A stretch of 61,931 bases of DNA, the filler included, from Sluysia triapertura (lineage: Eukaryota): NCBI GenBank assembly GCA_046118255.1. It is 4 parts of 4 records of this genome, joined end to end, with 100 filler letters (N's around TTAATTAATTAA, not from the genome) between each part and the next. Parts side by side here need not be neighbours in the genome. Positions count along the whole stretch, not along the records: positions 13,699 to 32,147 come from JBJNIA010146387.1; positions 32,248 to 48,136 come from JBJNIA010216030.1; 2 more parts are not named here. The stretch is one strand, 5' to 3'. Positions 27,211 to 40,199 of this stretch are shown one piece after another. The translations under genes were made by a program, and so were the position numbers. The notes below the pieces were generated by a model that saw only the letters and a program-made list of their open reading frames with translations, did not search any database and was not told where the DNA came from. The first letter of the stretch is position 1; each line of letters starts with the position of its first letter.

Positions 27211-29017
27211 ATTATATCAAAGTATTGAGTATTTTATCTTCAGACATTGTTGTTAAGTTTTTAATAGAAAAGGTATTATTATATCAAGGAATTTCTTTAT
27301 AATCGACATCAATCTTTGTTACGTTAGCCAAAAGTATTTAAATAACAAAATTACTATTAATTTTCTAGACACTGATATTGTTAGTGTCTGTTGTGTCTCC
27401 TGGTTGTTTTGTTTTAATTAGATTGTAATATTCTTGATCTTATTATAAACGAAATTGTTATTCTTGTCATATTGATTTTTTTTAGTTTTATTTAGTGAAA
27501 TAATAATAAATTTAATTTCGATTTTTATCTAATAGTATATTATTGACTTAGTTTTGATTTGATTTTCAAGAACGTAAATTTGGGGTAATAGTTATTAATA
27601 TTAAAAAGGAAGGTTACTAATCAAGATAATATTGAGTCGCAATAACTAATAATTTTAAAGCCGCAACAATAGCGTTTGTAATAAAATCATAACTTTATTA
27701 TTAACATATAATATTCACATACTTAATCCTTTATGTTTATCTATTAAAGCTAAATTTAACTGCATGAAGTTTATTATCAAAAGGAGTCCAACTGCAATTA
27801 AATTTAACACTTTTGGTTACAACATTCATTATAATTTAATTATTACATTTGTTAAGATTCAACCATAAATAGTATAACCTTAGTTTAACGTAATAATAAA
27901 CTAAAATGTTTTGTTAATTACATATCTTAAATTTGGATATACATTTTATCACACACAATACGATGTTCATCAACACTAAAAATGAATACATTATATTATA
28001 ATAATCTAATCTATTTCTTAACATATTTAGAAACTTTACATAATAAGCTTGAGTTTGATATATGATTCTTGCATTTATGATTATAATAATAATTACCAAT
28101 TATTAACAATAGCTATTTAACGTATGCACGTTTCGCATCATTTTCTTTTTTAATCCAAATACTTTATCAGATTACATGCAATGATGAGTTTAATATAATT
28201 CTTTAATGTGACATTATTATGCGAAAATATTTTAATTTTAATTAAATTAACAAATGATCTTAAACTTGATAACATGTAACACTTCAATCATGCACAAAAC
28301 GTATTTTATGATATTTCATGTATCATTACACAATTCAAACTTTCACGTTAAACAGTTCTGACTATATTTTCATTGGCTTTATTTTTGTGGTATTTTCTGC
28401 ATTATTCGTCATGATATTAGTTCATGTTTTTTCACTTTTTCACTTATTCCATGCAATTCCTTTCTTGGCTAATTAAGTTTGATAAACTCCATTCTACTTT
28501 CTTTAGCTCGTTTCATTATTTTTAAGTATATTTATGAATTGCTTCCTTTTCATTTTCAAAATTTCAAGTTTTTCTTGAGTTTGTTGATGTCCATGAGTTG
28601 ATGAATAGAATTTTATTTATTTTATTTAAATATTTATTTTTTTAAAAAATAATTAAATATTTATTATTAAAGTTATTTCTTTACAACATCACATATTTTG
28701 ATAAGTATACTGGACCTTTGTGTTTCCATAGAGTTTCTTTACTTTGAACGGATAATGTCACTACAATTTGAAAGTATTATTCCATAGCACATGGTGCATT
28801 CACATCATCAGTTAATCTGAATCTAACTCTCGTGCATTTTTTCGTATTATTATCAAATGTGTTATCACGTAATAAAACTTTTGTTCCTGATACTAGAGCA
28901 ATATTCACTGAACTATGCTGCGAACTTGATCAAATTTTAATTTCAAGAATGTTTATTAATTAAAATGAGATCGGATAAACAAAAAGGTTATCAAAGGATA
29001 TATGATCTCAAACTAAC

Positions 29018-29341
29018 TGTATATTGTTGTAAGGCGTCTGCTTTTTTAGACATTTCTTCTGCTTCAGCTTTCGCTTTAGCTTCTATAGAAGATGCTTCAG
29101 CTTCACCTTTTAATCGAATACTTTCAGCTACAGCTTCAGCTTCTTTGATTTTCTTTATTCGTTCCGCTTCTGCAGTTTTTATGATACGATAACTCTCAGC
29201 TTCAGCTGGTTTTTTAACATTTGCATCCAATTCCCGATGGATTCGTTGGATTTCTAAGTCTTGCAATTCGATCATTCTCATTCGTTCCACTACTTTTATT
29301 TGCATTTCTTCTTCAGTAATTTGTTGCTTCATTTTAGCTGC
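29018..29341 (-). CDS. FLOT1: Flotillin-1 internal exon (flotillin coiled-coil region)
   Basis: Acceptor tttattttag and donor GTTAGT, both phase 0, 108 codons: [56 protein letters not shown], typical flotillin-1 AEAE repeats. Confidence 0.92.
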
Positions 29342-31272
29342 CTAAAATAAATCTTCACATAATAGTTGAGAAATAATTACAAAACCTTTGTTTAAATTTG
29401 TTAACAGAACTCGATAAATATAAAAGTCATTTGTTAGTTATTAATACTATTTTTATAAAACAATTTTACTTTTATGTGCATTTAATAAATTGTTAATAGA
29501 TGAAATTTTGTTATTTTCTAAATTTTCAAGGGATGTAAATAAATATTTAACCATATTATGAATATATGAACTAAACGAAAAACTCTTGTTCTAATGAAGT
29601 TTAATTAGATTCTTATATCAAAGATGAGCAAAGGTGAATTCAAAATATTTCAATTATACATTATTAAATAGCTAATATGGACTTAATATTAGTTGGTAAT
29701 AAATTAATTTTCAGAATAAACAAAATATTTGAATAAAATACATATAGTATAAAATAAAAAATGAATATCAAATCAAGTTAAAATAAAAGATGTGTTTCAC
29801 AAAATGTGGATTCATTCAAAAGTTCATTAAGACAATACAGTATTAAATTCATAAATTTCTTAAGCACTGTTATGAAAAAGGTAATGATTTAAATGATCAT
29901 TTTTTTGTAATTTCCAATTTGAATAATATTTTTCAAAAAATTATTTTAAATATGAATAAATTTAAAAAATTCAAATTTATAGTGAATTTAAATATTTAAA
30001 TTTAAGGAAAAATTATTTGCAAATTTTTCCATAATAAAGAATTATATGAATCCTAAAACAAAACTAATAAAATCAAGATAAAACGATTAGATTTAAACAA
30101 AAAATATTTTAAATAAAATGACAATATTACTTGTTTATGAAATTTTAAAGATCTATACATAAGTTCTTGCATTACTGTACTAAGAGCTAACATGCAACTC
30201 TGGTTAAAAGGTTGTTATGGTTAAAGACAAACTCACTGTAAGTTTGTTACATACGAGATCCATTAAAGTATCACTTAATGTGCAATAGCATGATTTTCTA
30301 TGATTATTTTACCAAAGATGTAATTGATGTAAGGGCTTTCCATGAACAATCATACCGAATGACTATCATGATGTCGTTGTAAAAAGCAAGTACTTCTCAG
30401 TTTTACATACTCGAATGAGCTAATATGATAAACAAAAAAGATAAAATTTGAACGACGATAAGACAGAATAAGACTAACCACATACTATGTCAATAGTGAA
30501 GATTGTATACACATATTATATGGAAGTAAGATAAGATATTATTTGCTTAGAATAGTTCAAAGTTAGTGTAGTAGGCGGGTATAAAGTGGAAAAAATAAAA
30601 TTTCGATATTTCACCTAAGTATTTAATGCGCATATACACTGGAATAAAGGTGTCTGGTTGAAGACCTTTGTATACTAAGGAGTTATCAATTAGCATCAAC
30701 AGAGACTGTTTAAAAGGACAGTTATCAATGCGATAAGAATATTACAAATAGTAAGGTTAATCAAATGAGTCCGAAGATAAATGAAAGTTTGCTGTGGCAG
30801 AGGGTTCTGCTCGTGTTCCATAACAGATAATGCAGGAGTACGAAAGACTGAAGCTGTCGAGGTATGGATTCGCAAAACTATAAGTAAAATTTGGGCTGCA
30901 ATGAAATTTATTTAATTTGTTGACCGTAAGGCGACGAGTTTAGTGATGCGTTATTGTCGACGAAATATTTCATCAATAATTTTAATTGTTTGAAAACCAA
31001 CTCGGCATAATAAAACTTGAAACGAATCACATAACAATGTAAAAGTATACATACGTAGGATATGTGTATGTTAGCTTTATAGCTTTATACACTAAGTTTA
31101 AGTTTAAATTATTCTAAATTTTATTTTTAATAAAATGTATTGTCAAGATGCTTAAAATCCAATATGTAAAATATTTATGTAAATATGAAAATGAAACTAA
31201 AGTAATATTATAAGATAATAAAAGCAATAATTAATAATAATCCGATAATAATATAAAAAATAATAACGCTTT

Positions 31273-31329
<57 letters not shown>

Positions 31330-31624
31330 GTAAATATAACTCTCAGTATAACGCTCAATAATAATTTACTTTAATGTTCTGTAAAATATTTGTAAAGTAT
31401 TTGTAAATAGTTAAATAATATACTTCTTTATTTGTAAAATAATAAAAAGTTGTAAATTTGTAAAAAATAATTGTATTTTAATATTTTTATAAATAAAATT
31501 TTTAATTTTAAGATTAATAATAAAAAAGTTTTAATTTAAATTTTTCAATTTTAAAGTTTCCAAATTATAAACGAAAATTAATATTATATTTACTTTAAAA
31601 AATCTTTATTTATCTATTTAAATA

Positions 31625-32060
31625 AAAACGGATATTTATTAGATTTATTCATTTAAAAACGGATATTATATATTTATTTGTTTTATAAACATCATTTGAA
31701 AAATCGGTTATTTGTCATTTAAAAACGGATATTTATATTATATTATTAAACGAATATTCATTAATCATTAAATTAGAAAAAGGTATAAAAAGACCTAACT
31801 TAACAATTATAAAACACAAGAGTAAAGGATTAAGTGAACGTTAAGTGCTCAGTTACAATATTCTTTGAGGAACGATCAATTCGGTTTATTAACACAAGAT
31901 TAAAGGATTAAATTTTTGGAACGTTTAAAATTAGCGATTTGGTATATTTGGTTATATTCGACTTTTCGGTTATACTTGGCTATATTTGGTTATATTTGGA
32001 TTTTTCGACTACACTTGGCTATATTCGGCTATATTTGGTTTCTTAGATCATATTTGGTTA
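31625..32060. repeat. Short tandem arrays (aaaaacggatatt units; ttggytatat decamers)
   Basis: Directly visible repeats at ~31625-31760 and ~31938-32060, just before a gap. Confidence 0.75.
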
Positions 32061-32147
32061 CGTCAACGAAATCAGCAGACAGTTTTTCTATTAGATTAAG
32101 TAAGCCTTTACTGATAAGTTATTGACCCTATTTGTTCGGTCTTAAAA

Positions 32148-32247
32148 NNNNNNNNNNNNNNNNNNNNNNNNNNNNNNNNNNNNNNNNNNNNTTAATTAAT
32201 TAANNNNNNNNNNNNNNNNNNNNNNNNNNNNNNNNNNNNNNNNNNNN
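32148..32247. other. Assembly gap with TTAATTAATTAA spacer
   Basis: Same 100-nt spacer structure. Confidence 0.97.
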
Positions 32248-32257
32248 AGCATCAAGT

Positions 32258-32267
32258 TGGCGACTCC
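32258..32267 (+). other. Putative LTR-retrotransposon primer-binding site (tRNA-Arg type)
   Basis: TGGCGACTCC shortly after ..CATCA, complementary to the GGAGTCGCCA 3' end of animal tRNA-Arg(UCU); any LTR would lie in the gap. Confidence 0.4.
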
Positions 32268-32639
32268 TGAAGTTATAACTAACAATCATAATGTAAACTC
32301 TAATAAAGTAAAATTTAATTTAATTTTAGATAATGATAATGATTTATTTAAAATCTTTTCAGATAGTAAAACAAGGATAGGTCTGACGGACTCGACTCAT
32401 GCAGAAGTAGACGTCTATATATCAAAATTTAAATTCATCAATGTAATAATAAATGTTAAAGTGTTTCGTATGATCAATATAACTCATAATGAAATTTTAA
32501 ATGTAGAGATAATATTTAATAACAACATAAAGAACACAATAAAAGTTTTAATCAAAATTTTGTTAAAGTTAGAACAATCTATAAATAAAGATCAAAACAT
32601 AAAATATCTTCTAAAAGCAAAAATACCAAAGTTAAAACA

Positions 32640-33260
32640 ATTTAAAATACCATCATTTATTCTTAAAATAGCCATTTCTGTTGAGTGATAAGTCCTGTAA
32701 ACTGAATCATACATTGTAAGCAGTTGATTTTCACTAGGAACTTTGACAATTGTTGTAAAACTGCTTTTTCATTCAATTTTGATAAGAGTGTTATATTTGG
32801 TACGAGTCTGTAATTACTTAAAAGCAATGAATCACCATGTTTCAGATGAGGTAATATAGGATACTTTTTCACTTGAAGGGAATTTTAGACTATATAATGA
32901 ATTATTAATAATTTTCAATAAAATCAGAATAACTTTAGTCAAATTTGAATTATTTTTGATAAGTTTGGTTGGTATTGGGTCAGTAGAACTTGTTTTTGAC
33001 ATTTCTGACATAATTTGTATTAAATCATCCTCACTAATTTTCTTTAATACAAATTCATTTATGTTCTTCTTCTTTTGCATTTCAAATTTAATGTTTGATT
33101 TATTAATGTTATTTCGCATATTTTCAACTTTCGATACAAAAAATTTTAAAAAATCGTTTGACATAATTTTATCATTCTGTTTACCAAATAATTTATTTAA
33201 TAATTTATAAATATCTTTAAAAAAAGCGTACTTTCTTTTCTTGTGTAGTTTTTGACAATA
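32640..33260 (-). mobile_element. L2/CR1-clade LINE reverse transcriptase fragment, frameshifted
   Basis: DPIPTKLIK..LLKIINNSL..FPSS.K / PHLK..LSNYRLVPNITLLSKLNEKAVLQQL / YRTYHSTEMAILRIND across three frames, the N-terminal RT motifs. Confidence 0.9.
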
Positions 33261-33261
33261 T

Positions 33262-33945
33262 TGTTGAGAAACATAGAACTATAAAATCAAGGAATTGATG
33301 AATTAAACATTATAAACATTGTTGAAATTTGAATAATGATATTAACAGCTAAAGAATATCTTAAAGATCCAAAGACCAAATGGAAACTTGAGATGGACTT
33401 GAAAAATCTTTAGAAGCATTAAGGTACATTTGAACTTTAGAACCTTTAGATCATTTAAGATCTTAGTAACCTTTAGGAATCTTGGTACATCGATGAGTAT
33501 TTGAGATTCTTTAGTAATCTTATAAAATGTTTGAAATCATTGAAATAGTTGAGAAATAAAATCATTGTTATTGGTATTAAGAATAAATCTAGTACGGTAA
33601 TAATTAACATGAAGAAGTAGAAAACGGATTCGGAGAGGTGAAGGTGAAAATATCTAGAGCCTCCTGAATGCCTTATATACTACTTTAGGACCTTAATAAA
33701 ACCCCTAAACATAGAATAAAATTAAGTCTAAAAATAGATTAATTAATTAAAATCTTAATTAACATAATTTAGAAAAAGTATGTTTCTGTGAATAACTTAT
33801 GAATGCGGAATGCTATGTTAACTTTGAAACTGTGTATGTATTTGCTTTGAAAAGACCTTTCGATGAGGTATGGTTTGATCGAGTTCATGCAAGGAAAGCC
33901 TTAATATTGAGCAAAATCAAATATTAATTCTTAATTATGCAATGT
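33262..33945 (-). repeat. LTR-like repeat family A copy
   Basis: Long direct similarity to 25631-26375 (e.g. gaatgcggaatgctatgttaa, ctagagcctcctgaatgccttata). Confidence 0.9.
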
Positions 33946-34987
33946 GCAAAGTTAAGCACACAGTAATCTGCCCAAAAGAAGCCAGGAATGACGCAACAAA
34001 AATTAAAATTTGAAAAATAATATTTATAAAATTTCAAATAATTATATTCTATTCTAACTCAAAAACCAAAAACTATAAGATAAATTGGCAGGGAGTCTCC
34101 CAAAATCAAATAAAGTCTATTAATAATAGATGAATTGAACAATAACTGAGCCAAGCAGAAAATGCTACACAGTATTTCATTCCTGTTGGAAATTCTGCAG
34201 TTTGCACATAAAAGTCATAACTTGAATTCAAATTCTCTTCTAGACTCCATGTATATCTCATCATAAATTAATTTACAGCTTAATAAAATTGAGTATTCTC
34301 TTAACCTGTCATAAATGTCTAAGCCAGATCTACGCAAGTATTATCTAATAGTAAAAGCAATTTTTGATATGGATGCAACTACTAGATAAATGTTTTAATA
34401 AATAAATAATGTAATTATTTTTGCATTATAAAATAGCAATGATGTTGAAACATTAAAAATATGATTAAATTATATTATATTATATATTTTCATAATAAAT
34501 GTACTTAATCTTAGCATATTTAACATACTAACGACAAAATAATTATTTTAATTAAATGTTATATTTTAAAATTATAAAATGTTAAATTTCAAAAATTATA
34601 TTTCACTTTATTTATCATTTGTGAAGCCTTTCAAAAAAATCAAAACACAAAGACAAACAAAAGTTGTTTATATTTCTATTGAAATAATTTTATCATTCAA
34701 ATATCACTTGAAGAATTATTTAATATTTTTCAGAATTAGGTGCAATAATCTTGACGTAATTATTTTAAATGAATCCAATAAAATTAATATACATTGGTAA
34801 AAATTGTTATTTTTGTGACATTGATAATAATCATAATAATAATAATAATAACAAATATCACTTTTTGGAATTTTTAAAGGTTTAATTTACTGAAGCACAT
34901 TGGTCTCAAACGATTGTTTTTTATTTTTCAAATTTCAAGGATGCTGTTGTCGCTGCTACTAGATTTATGATGATGATGGTAATGATG

Positions 34988-35032
<45 letters not shown>

Positions 35033-35203
35033 GTAATGAAACAAAAATTGACATTTCTTTGATAATTATTAAATAATCCATACAAGTATCTCTTCATGAA
35101 AATTAAAAAGCGGAATTCAGCAGTAAATAATGAAATATACAATGGACAAATTAAATTATAGAAAATATTCAAATAATTCTAAAATATGTTAGAAACGTGC
35201 ATA

Positions 35204-36531
35204 TTAAAACAAATCGTCCAATTCTAAGATATCTTCATTGTGACAAACATCGATTTCATCATGCACATGATTCACAATATTATCATGATTCGTATCTTCA
35301 TCTTCAAAATCATCATTATCAACATAATCGTCATTGCCATCATCCACGTCAGTGTTGGTCACAGATGCCGATTTGTTTGACCTACCTTCTGCACCACTTA
35401 CATTTGTTTCTTGAGTAAATTCAGTTTCTTCTTCATCCTCACCAGAAATCACAATTTCTTCATAGTCTCGTTCCAACGAAGCTACTTGTTCGCGTGCTTC
35501 AGTAAACTCGCCTTCCTCTAAACCTTCCATAACATACCAATGTATAAAAGCACGTTTACAAAACAAAACATCGAATTTTCTATTCATTTCACCGAATGCT
35601 TGAATGATTGCCGATGTATTGGCTAACATACAAACACTTCGTATGGTTTGGCACATTTCCGATCCTACAACGGACACAGGAGGCTGACAATTGATACTCA
35701 GTTTGAAACCAGTAGGACACCAATCCACAAACTGTATATCGTTGCGACGTTTGATTTCCATAATTGCATCGTTCATTTCTCGCGGACTAACATCTCCGCG
35801 ATATTGTAAACAACAAGCCATATAACGTCCCAAAGTGACATTACATCGTACCATTTGAGAGAACGGCTCGAAAACAGTTCTAGTTATTTCTCTAGTAGTT
35901 AAATCTTGATGTTCTGCGCGACTTTCTGACAAAATCGGCGAAAAATTAACCAAAGGATAATGTACTATTGGATAGGGGACCAGATTAGTAACAATTTGAG
36001 TTAAATCACAGTTTAAATAATTATTAAATCTTAATGACGCGGTAAATGAACTAAAAACTTGAGCAATTAATCGATTTAAATTATTAAATGTCGGATGAGC
36101 TATGTCCAGAGACAATCCGCAAATGTCATATATTGATTCATTATCCATTAGAACAGACACGTCGGTTTGTTCTTTTGAAGCACGCATAGCCAATAAAGTA
36201 TTTAATGGTTCAACAACACTAGTTGATAACTGAGTACTTGGGTAAATTGCAACTTGAAATTTGGAACGTTTTGCGTACTCCACTGTCATCCGATATAGCA
36301 ATAAACTCGCGAACCCGGAACCAGTTCCACCACCGAAACTGTTGATAATCATAAAGCCTTGTAAATTGTCACAAACGTCGGCTAATTTACGAATGCGCTC
36401 TAAAGTAGGCTTGATAACCATTCGACCAATTGTTCCAAAACCACGAGCATAATTATTTGATGCATCATAACAACCTGATATTAATTGATCAGGGTGAAAT
36501 AAATTGCGATACGGTCCGGTACGAATTTCAT
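35204..36531 (-). CDS. Divergent alpha-tubulin, final exon (codon ~76 to stop) with extended acidic tail
   Basis: Acceptor ttacag then (D)EIRTGPYRNLFHPDQLISG..NNYARG, GGGTGSG, VVEP, TNLVPYP, YMACCL.YRGDV, QFVDWCPTGFK, KRAF.HWYV.EG.EEGEF.EARE. Intron at the conserved alpha-tubulin D76 phase-1 position. Upstream exons not found. Confidence 0.95.
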
Positions 36532-36921
36532 CTGTAATTTTTTTGACAATTATTAATCTTTAAAAATTAATAATTTTATTAATATTTACTTACTATTGTA
36601 AATGGCAAATAAGAATAAAAATAATGAAAATTAATATTTTTATAAGCAGACTTAAAATTAACATTGCTAAATAATTAATTATTAGGATATTATATTTATA
36701 ATCTTATATTATGTATGGTTATATTATATACGGTTTCCTCATTTATTATCTATTTCTCGAATATTTATTCTGAACTCGAAATTCACGATATTCTTCCATT
36801 TGTTTTGAAGATAAAACGTTTTTTAAATATAATATTTATTATTATAATATCATATAAAATCGCATAACTAATTCATTTAATTTGGAATGTTTATAAAAAG
36901 AATTTCATGTGTAAAATAAAT

Positions 36922-37057
36922 NNNNNNNNNNNNNNNNNNNNNNNNNNNNNNNNNNNNNNNNNNNNNNNNNNNNNNNNNNNNNNNNNNNNNNNNNNNNNNN
37001 NNNNNNNNNNNNNNNNNNNNNNNNNNNNNNNNNNNNNNNNNNNNNNNNNNNNNNNNN
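36922..37057. other. Assembly gap
   Basis: Run of Ns. Confidence 0.98.
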
Positions 37058-38396
37058 AATTTTATATTTTTATGCACATTCCAAATTAATCACGAAAATT
37101 ACACTAATTTGAAACTAGAACTTATTTAAAAAATTAAAAAAACAAAGGGATGATAAAAATCATTAAAAATAGATACGAGACAATTAAAATAAAGATACAA
37201 TGTATGATAAATTGTAAAAATAATTCATTGTCAATAGAATTTTATATTAATTTATTTTAATAATAATAATGGTAATAATAATAATAAAAATATTTTTTAA
37301 AAAGTTTATTCAGTAGTTGTATTTATTTAAAAATTTAACAATAAATCTATCCTTAGGACTATTTTATTCATTTGTTAATCATAAATTCTACGCTGTGGTA
37401 AAACGAAATTGCAGCAAGTTGAGTGGAATTATATTTCCACCGAATCAAACAGTCATATTAACTGGCAACATTGCAGATTATTACGCCCTAGATAATTATT
37501 ATTATTATTATTGTTATTATTATTGTTATTATTATTATTATTATTAAATTACTTTTCTAATTTTGTCGAAGCGTGACAACCCTTGACATAACGATAAAAA
37601 TTATTATAATTTTGCAATGATTTGACATTATATTGTAAATTTTTGAAACATAAATGGTACACAGAATTTAATAATCTTATTGACTGTTTATTTTGCATAA
37701 ATTTTTATGTCACAAAGACATTTTAATTTCCTTATTGTCGGTATAATTTTAATTCAAAATATTTTATTAAATTAAACGTACAGCAAACAACTCGTGCATA
37801 CATCGAATTTTCTACCAATGCAAAGTCAATTTAGTGAGTCTCAACTATAGAAATAAGGTTGCGGTGACCCAACACTCATTAATCCAAAATTTTATTGCAA
37901 TTGAATCCCACAAAATTAGTAAATATAAATTTAACAAACAATTAACCCTTTAACGAATTTCATCACAACAATTCTATCAAAATATACTCTCTATTCAAAC
38001 CACTTTATTTATTCAAATTTCTCTTTGATTCACCAAATTTTAACATTAAAATGATACCATTCACGATATCCTTCGACTTTCCAGTTCAAAAATGACCACA
38101 TACTTAAATAGTTTAATATTTTACATAATAAAATTTTGTCAAGTATTTTACTACTCCCAGTCATTCCTTCAGTTCCCTTCCACACCTTCGAAAGTTCCAT
38201 TATTAATTTTGTGGTGGCCAACATATTTCCCTAATAATCATTCTCTACAATTCACATTTAAAAATCAACAGAAAGCAATACATTGTACATAAAACCATGC
38301 TCTTATAGTAATTGCTTTTTAAATTTGAATTTAAATTAATTTAACTACATAAAATTGAAAATTAATTTTTATTATAATTAGCTTTATGAAAATTTT

Positions 38397-39723
38397 TTAT
38401 ACATATAGAATTAATATAAAATTATACAAAAAGAATTTTAAATAAGAACATAAAAATTTATTTTTGTAAACATTTAAATTCTGGACTTCGATCCTATGCG
38501 TGAAGGATTTGATATTTATTGTTCTACCTAAAATAAAAATATAATAATTGTTGATACATGTAAAATATAAGTAAGTGTGACTAACATTATACTTGATATT
38601 TAGAATGTTGGAACTCAATTGAATCTGGTTTAACAGCTCGGAAACTCGTTTTATATGGGAATAGTAACTTGATTTGTGTCGTTCATGGAGCCCAAGTTCG
38701 TGAATGGTGTGAACATATCTGCAGAGAGAGCCATATCGTAAACAGATGCCCTTAGCGTCAGTAGTCGATGGACATAAGATAGTTGACTTGATAAGTTTTC
38801 GTTCGTACAACTTATAATACTCTTGCACATAATGTTTACATAGATAGTAATTGTCAACATGTTTATCCTCGATACTATAATTTTTATATTTAACATCAGT
38901 AAAAACATATACATAATTTTTATCTTTATGGGAATTCTTTATATCAAAAGCATAATAATAAAAGTCAGAAATTTTTAATTAAAATTTTTAATTATAAGAC
39001 CCTCAGGTTTATAAAATTTGTCTTGACGATATGTAGAGAAAACATCATTTCCTTGTTGGTTATAGGTTTTATCATTCATGTATTTACTTCTTATAATTTT
39101 CCTAATTTCACGTCCTGCATCTATGTCTTTAACATCGTTAGTTTCATTTTGGTAATTTTGAAAATCTTGCACACAACGTTGTTATCTTTCTCGCTCTAAT
39201 TCGAATTAGACTTAGTTTCGTAATTGTATATTATAAAACCGTTACGATTATCACCATTAACTTTACTTATATAATTACTAAAATTCATAAGTTGGAGATT
39301 AGCTTCTTTGTTGTTACAGAAAAGATTGGTTATAATTCCATCGTTGAATATTACATAATCTCTGCGTTTATAATCATCAATTTTACTTAGATTGTCACTG
39401 AAATTTATAAATTGTACATTAACATCTATATTGTTATAAAACAAATCATCAATCTGAGTTAGGACTTTACTAAAATTTATAAATTGTGTCTTTACATCTT
39501 TATTGTTATAGAACAAATTAGTTATAGCTTCATCTTTGAATATTACATAATCTTTACATTTGTAATCATCAATCTGATTTATAAATTGTATATTTACATC
39601 TTTATTGTTATAGAACAAATTAGTTATAGCTTCCTCGCTGAATATTACACAATCATCAAGATTAGTTAGATCTTTACTAAGAAATATAGTTGGAACATTG
39701 TTATCTTTATTATTGTCGATCAT
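38397..39723 (-). pseudogene. Disrupted ORF with internal repeats and a C-x9-C-x6-C-x3-H zinc finger (copy A)
   Basis: Consecutive frames 39723-39196 (NLFYNNKDV..QFIN..IDDYK..DYVIF repeats), 39172-38975 and ~38975-38397; finger CPSTTDAKGICLRYGSLCRYVH at 38709-38774. Confidence 0.75.
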
Positions 39724-40199
39724 TACCTTGCTGCCAAATTGCTTTGTACTAATAAAATTGAGATGATAAATTGCTGCAAAAACTAATAATAAAACTGCCG
39801 AATTGCTTCGTAATTGTTAATCTCTGCAATTAGTAATAAACATTGAGATCACAAGTAATTGTCAAAAATTTTTAATTGAGTGTATTTTCAAATGCTGCCA
39901 ACTTAATTAATGATAAATTGTCAAATAATAATCACCTTGAGTTTCTGCCTATGAAAATCAATTACTTTTAGTTTATAATAGTAAAAATTTGTGCAAGTGT
40001 TCAATAATAGGCCATCCAACCAGATGTGTTATAAAAGAAAAGAAGTAACACTTATACTGATTGAATGACCAATATAAATACGTAAAAGAGATTAGAAATG
40101 AATTTTAATGAAGTAGCCACTGATAGTGGTAGTTACTGAATAATTTACTAGTTTAATTGAAAAAAATAATAAAATGGTGATTATTATTATTATTATTAT

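Noticed and set aside
28965-29192. Plus-strand ORFs overlapping flotillin, tubulin (35197, 36261), globin (5537) and TLDc (61515); minus-strand ORFs over NXF1 (50052, 50431, 57471)
   Set aside because: Antisense shadows of real coding exons.
30170-30270. Further CCCH-family copies (HCKFV here; HYKTML at ~12203)
   Set aside because: Too degraded; the Cys spacing cannot be reconstructed.
31916-32125. ORF with repeated LAIFGYIW
   Set aside because: Translation of a 10-bp tandem repeat.
34921-35172. Poly-Ile, poly-Tyr or poly-Leu ORFs (also 37317, 58934, 18040)
   Set aside because: Translations of AAT/ATT microsatellites and low-complexity DNA.
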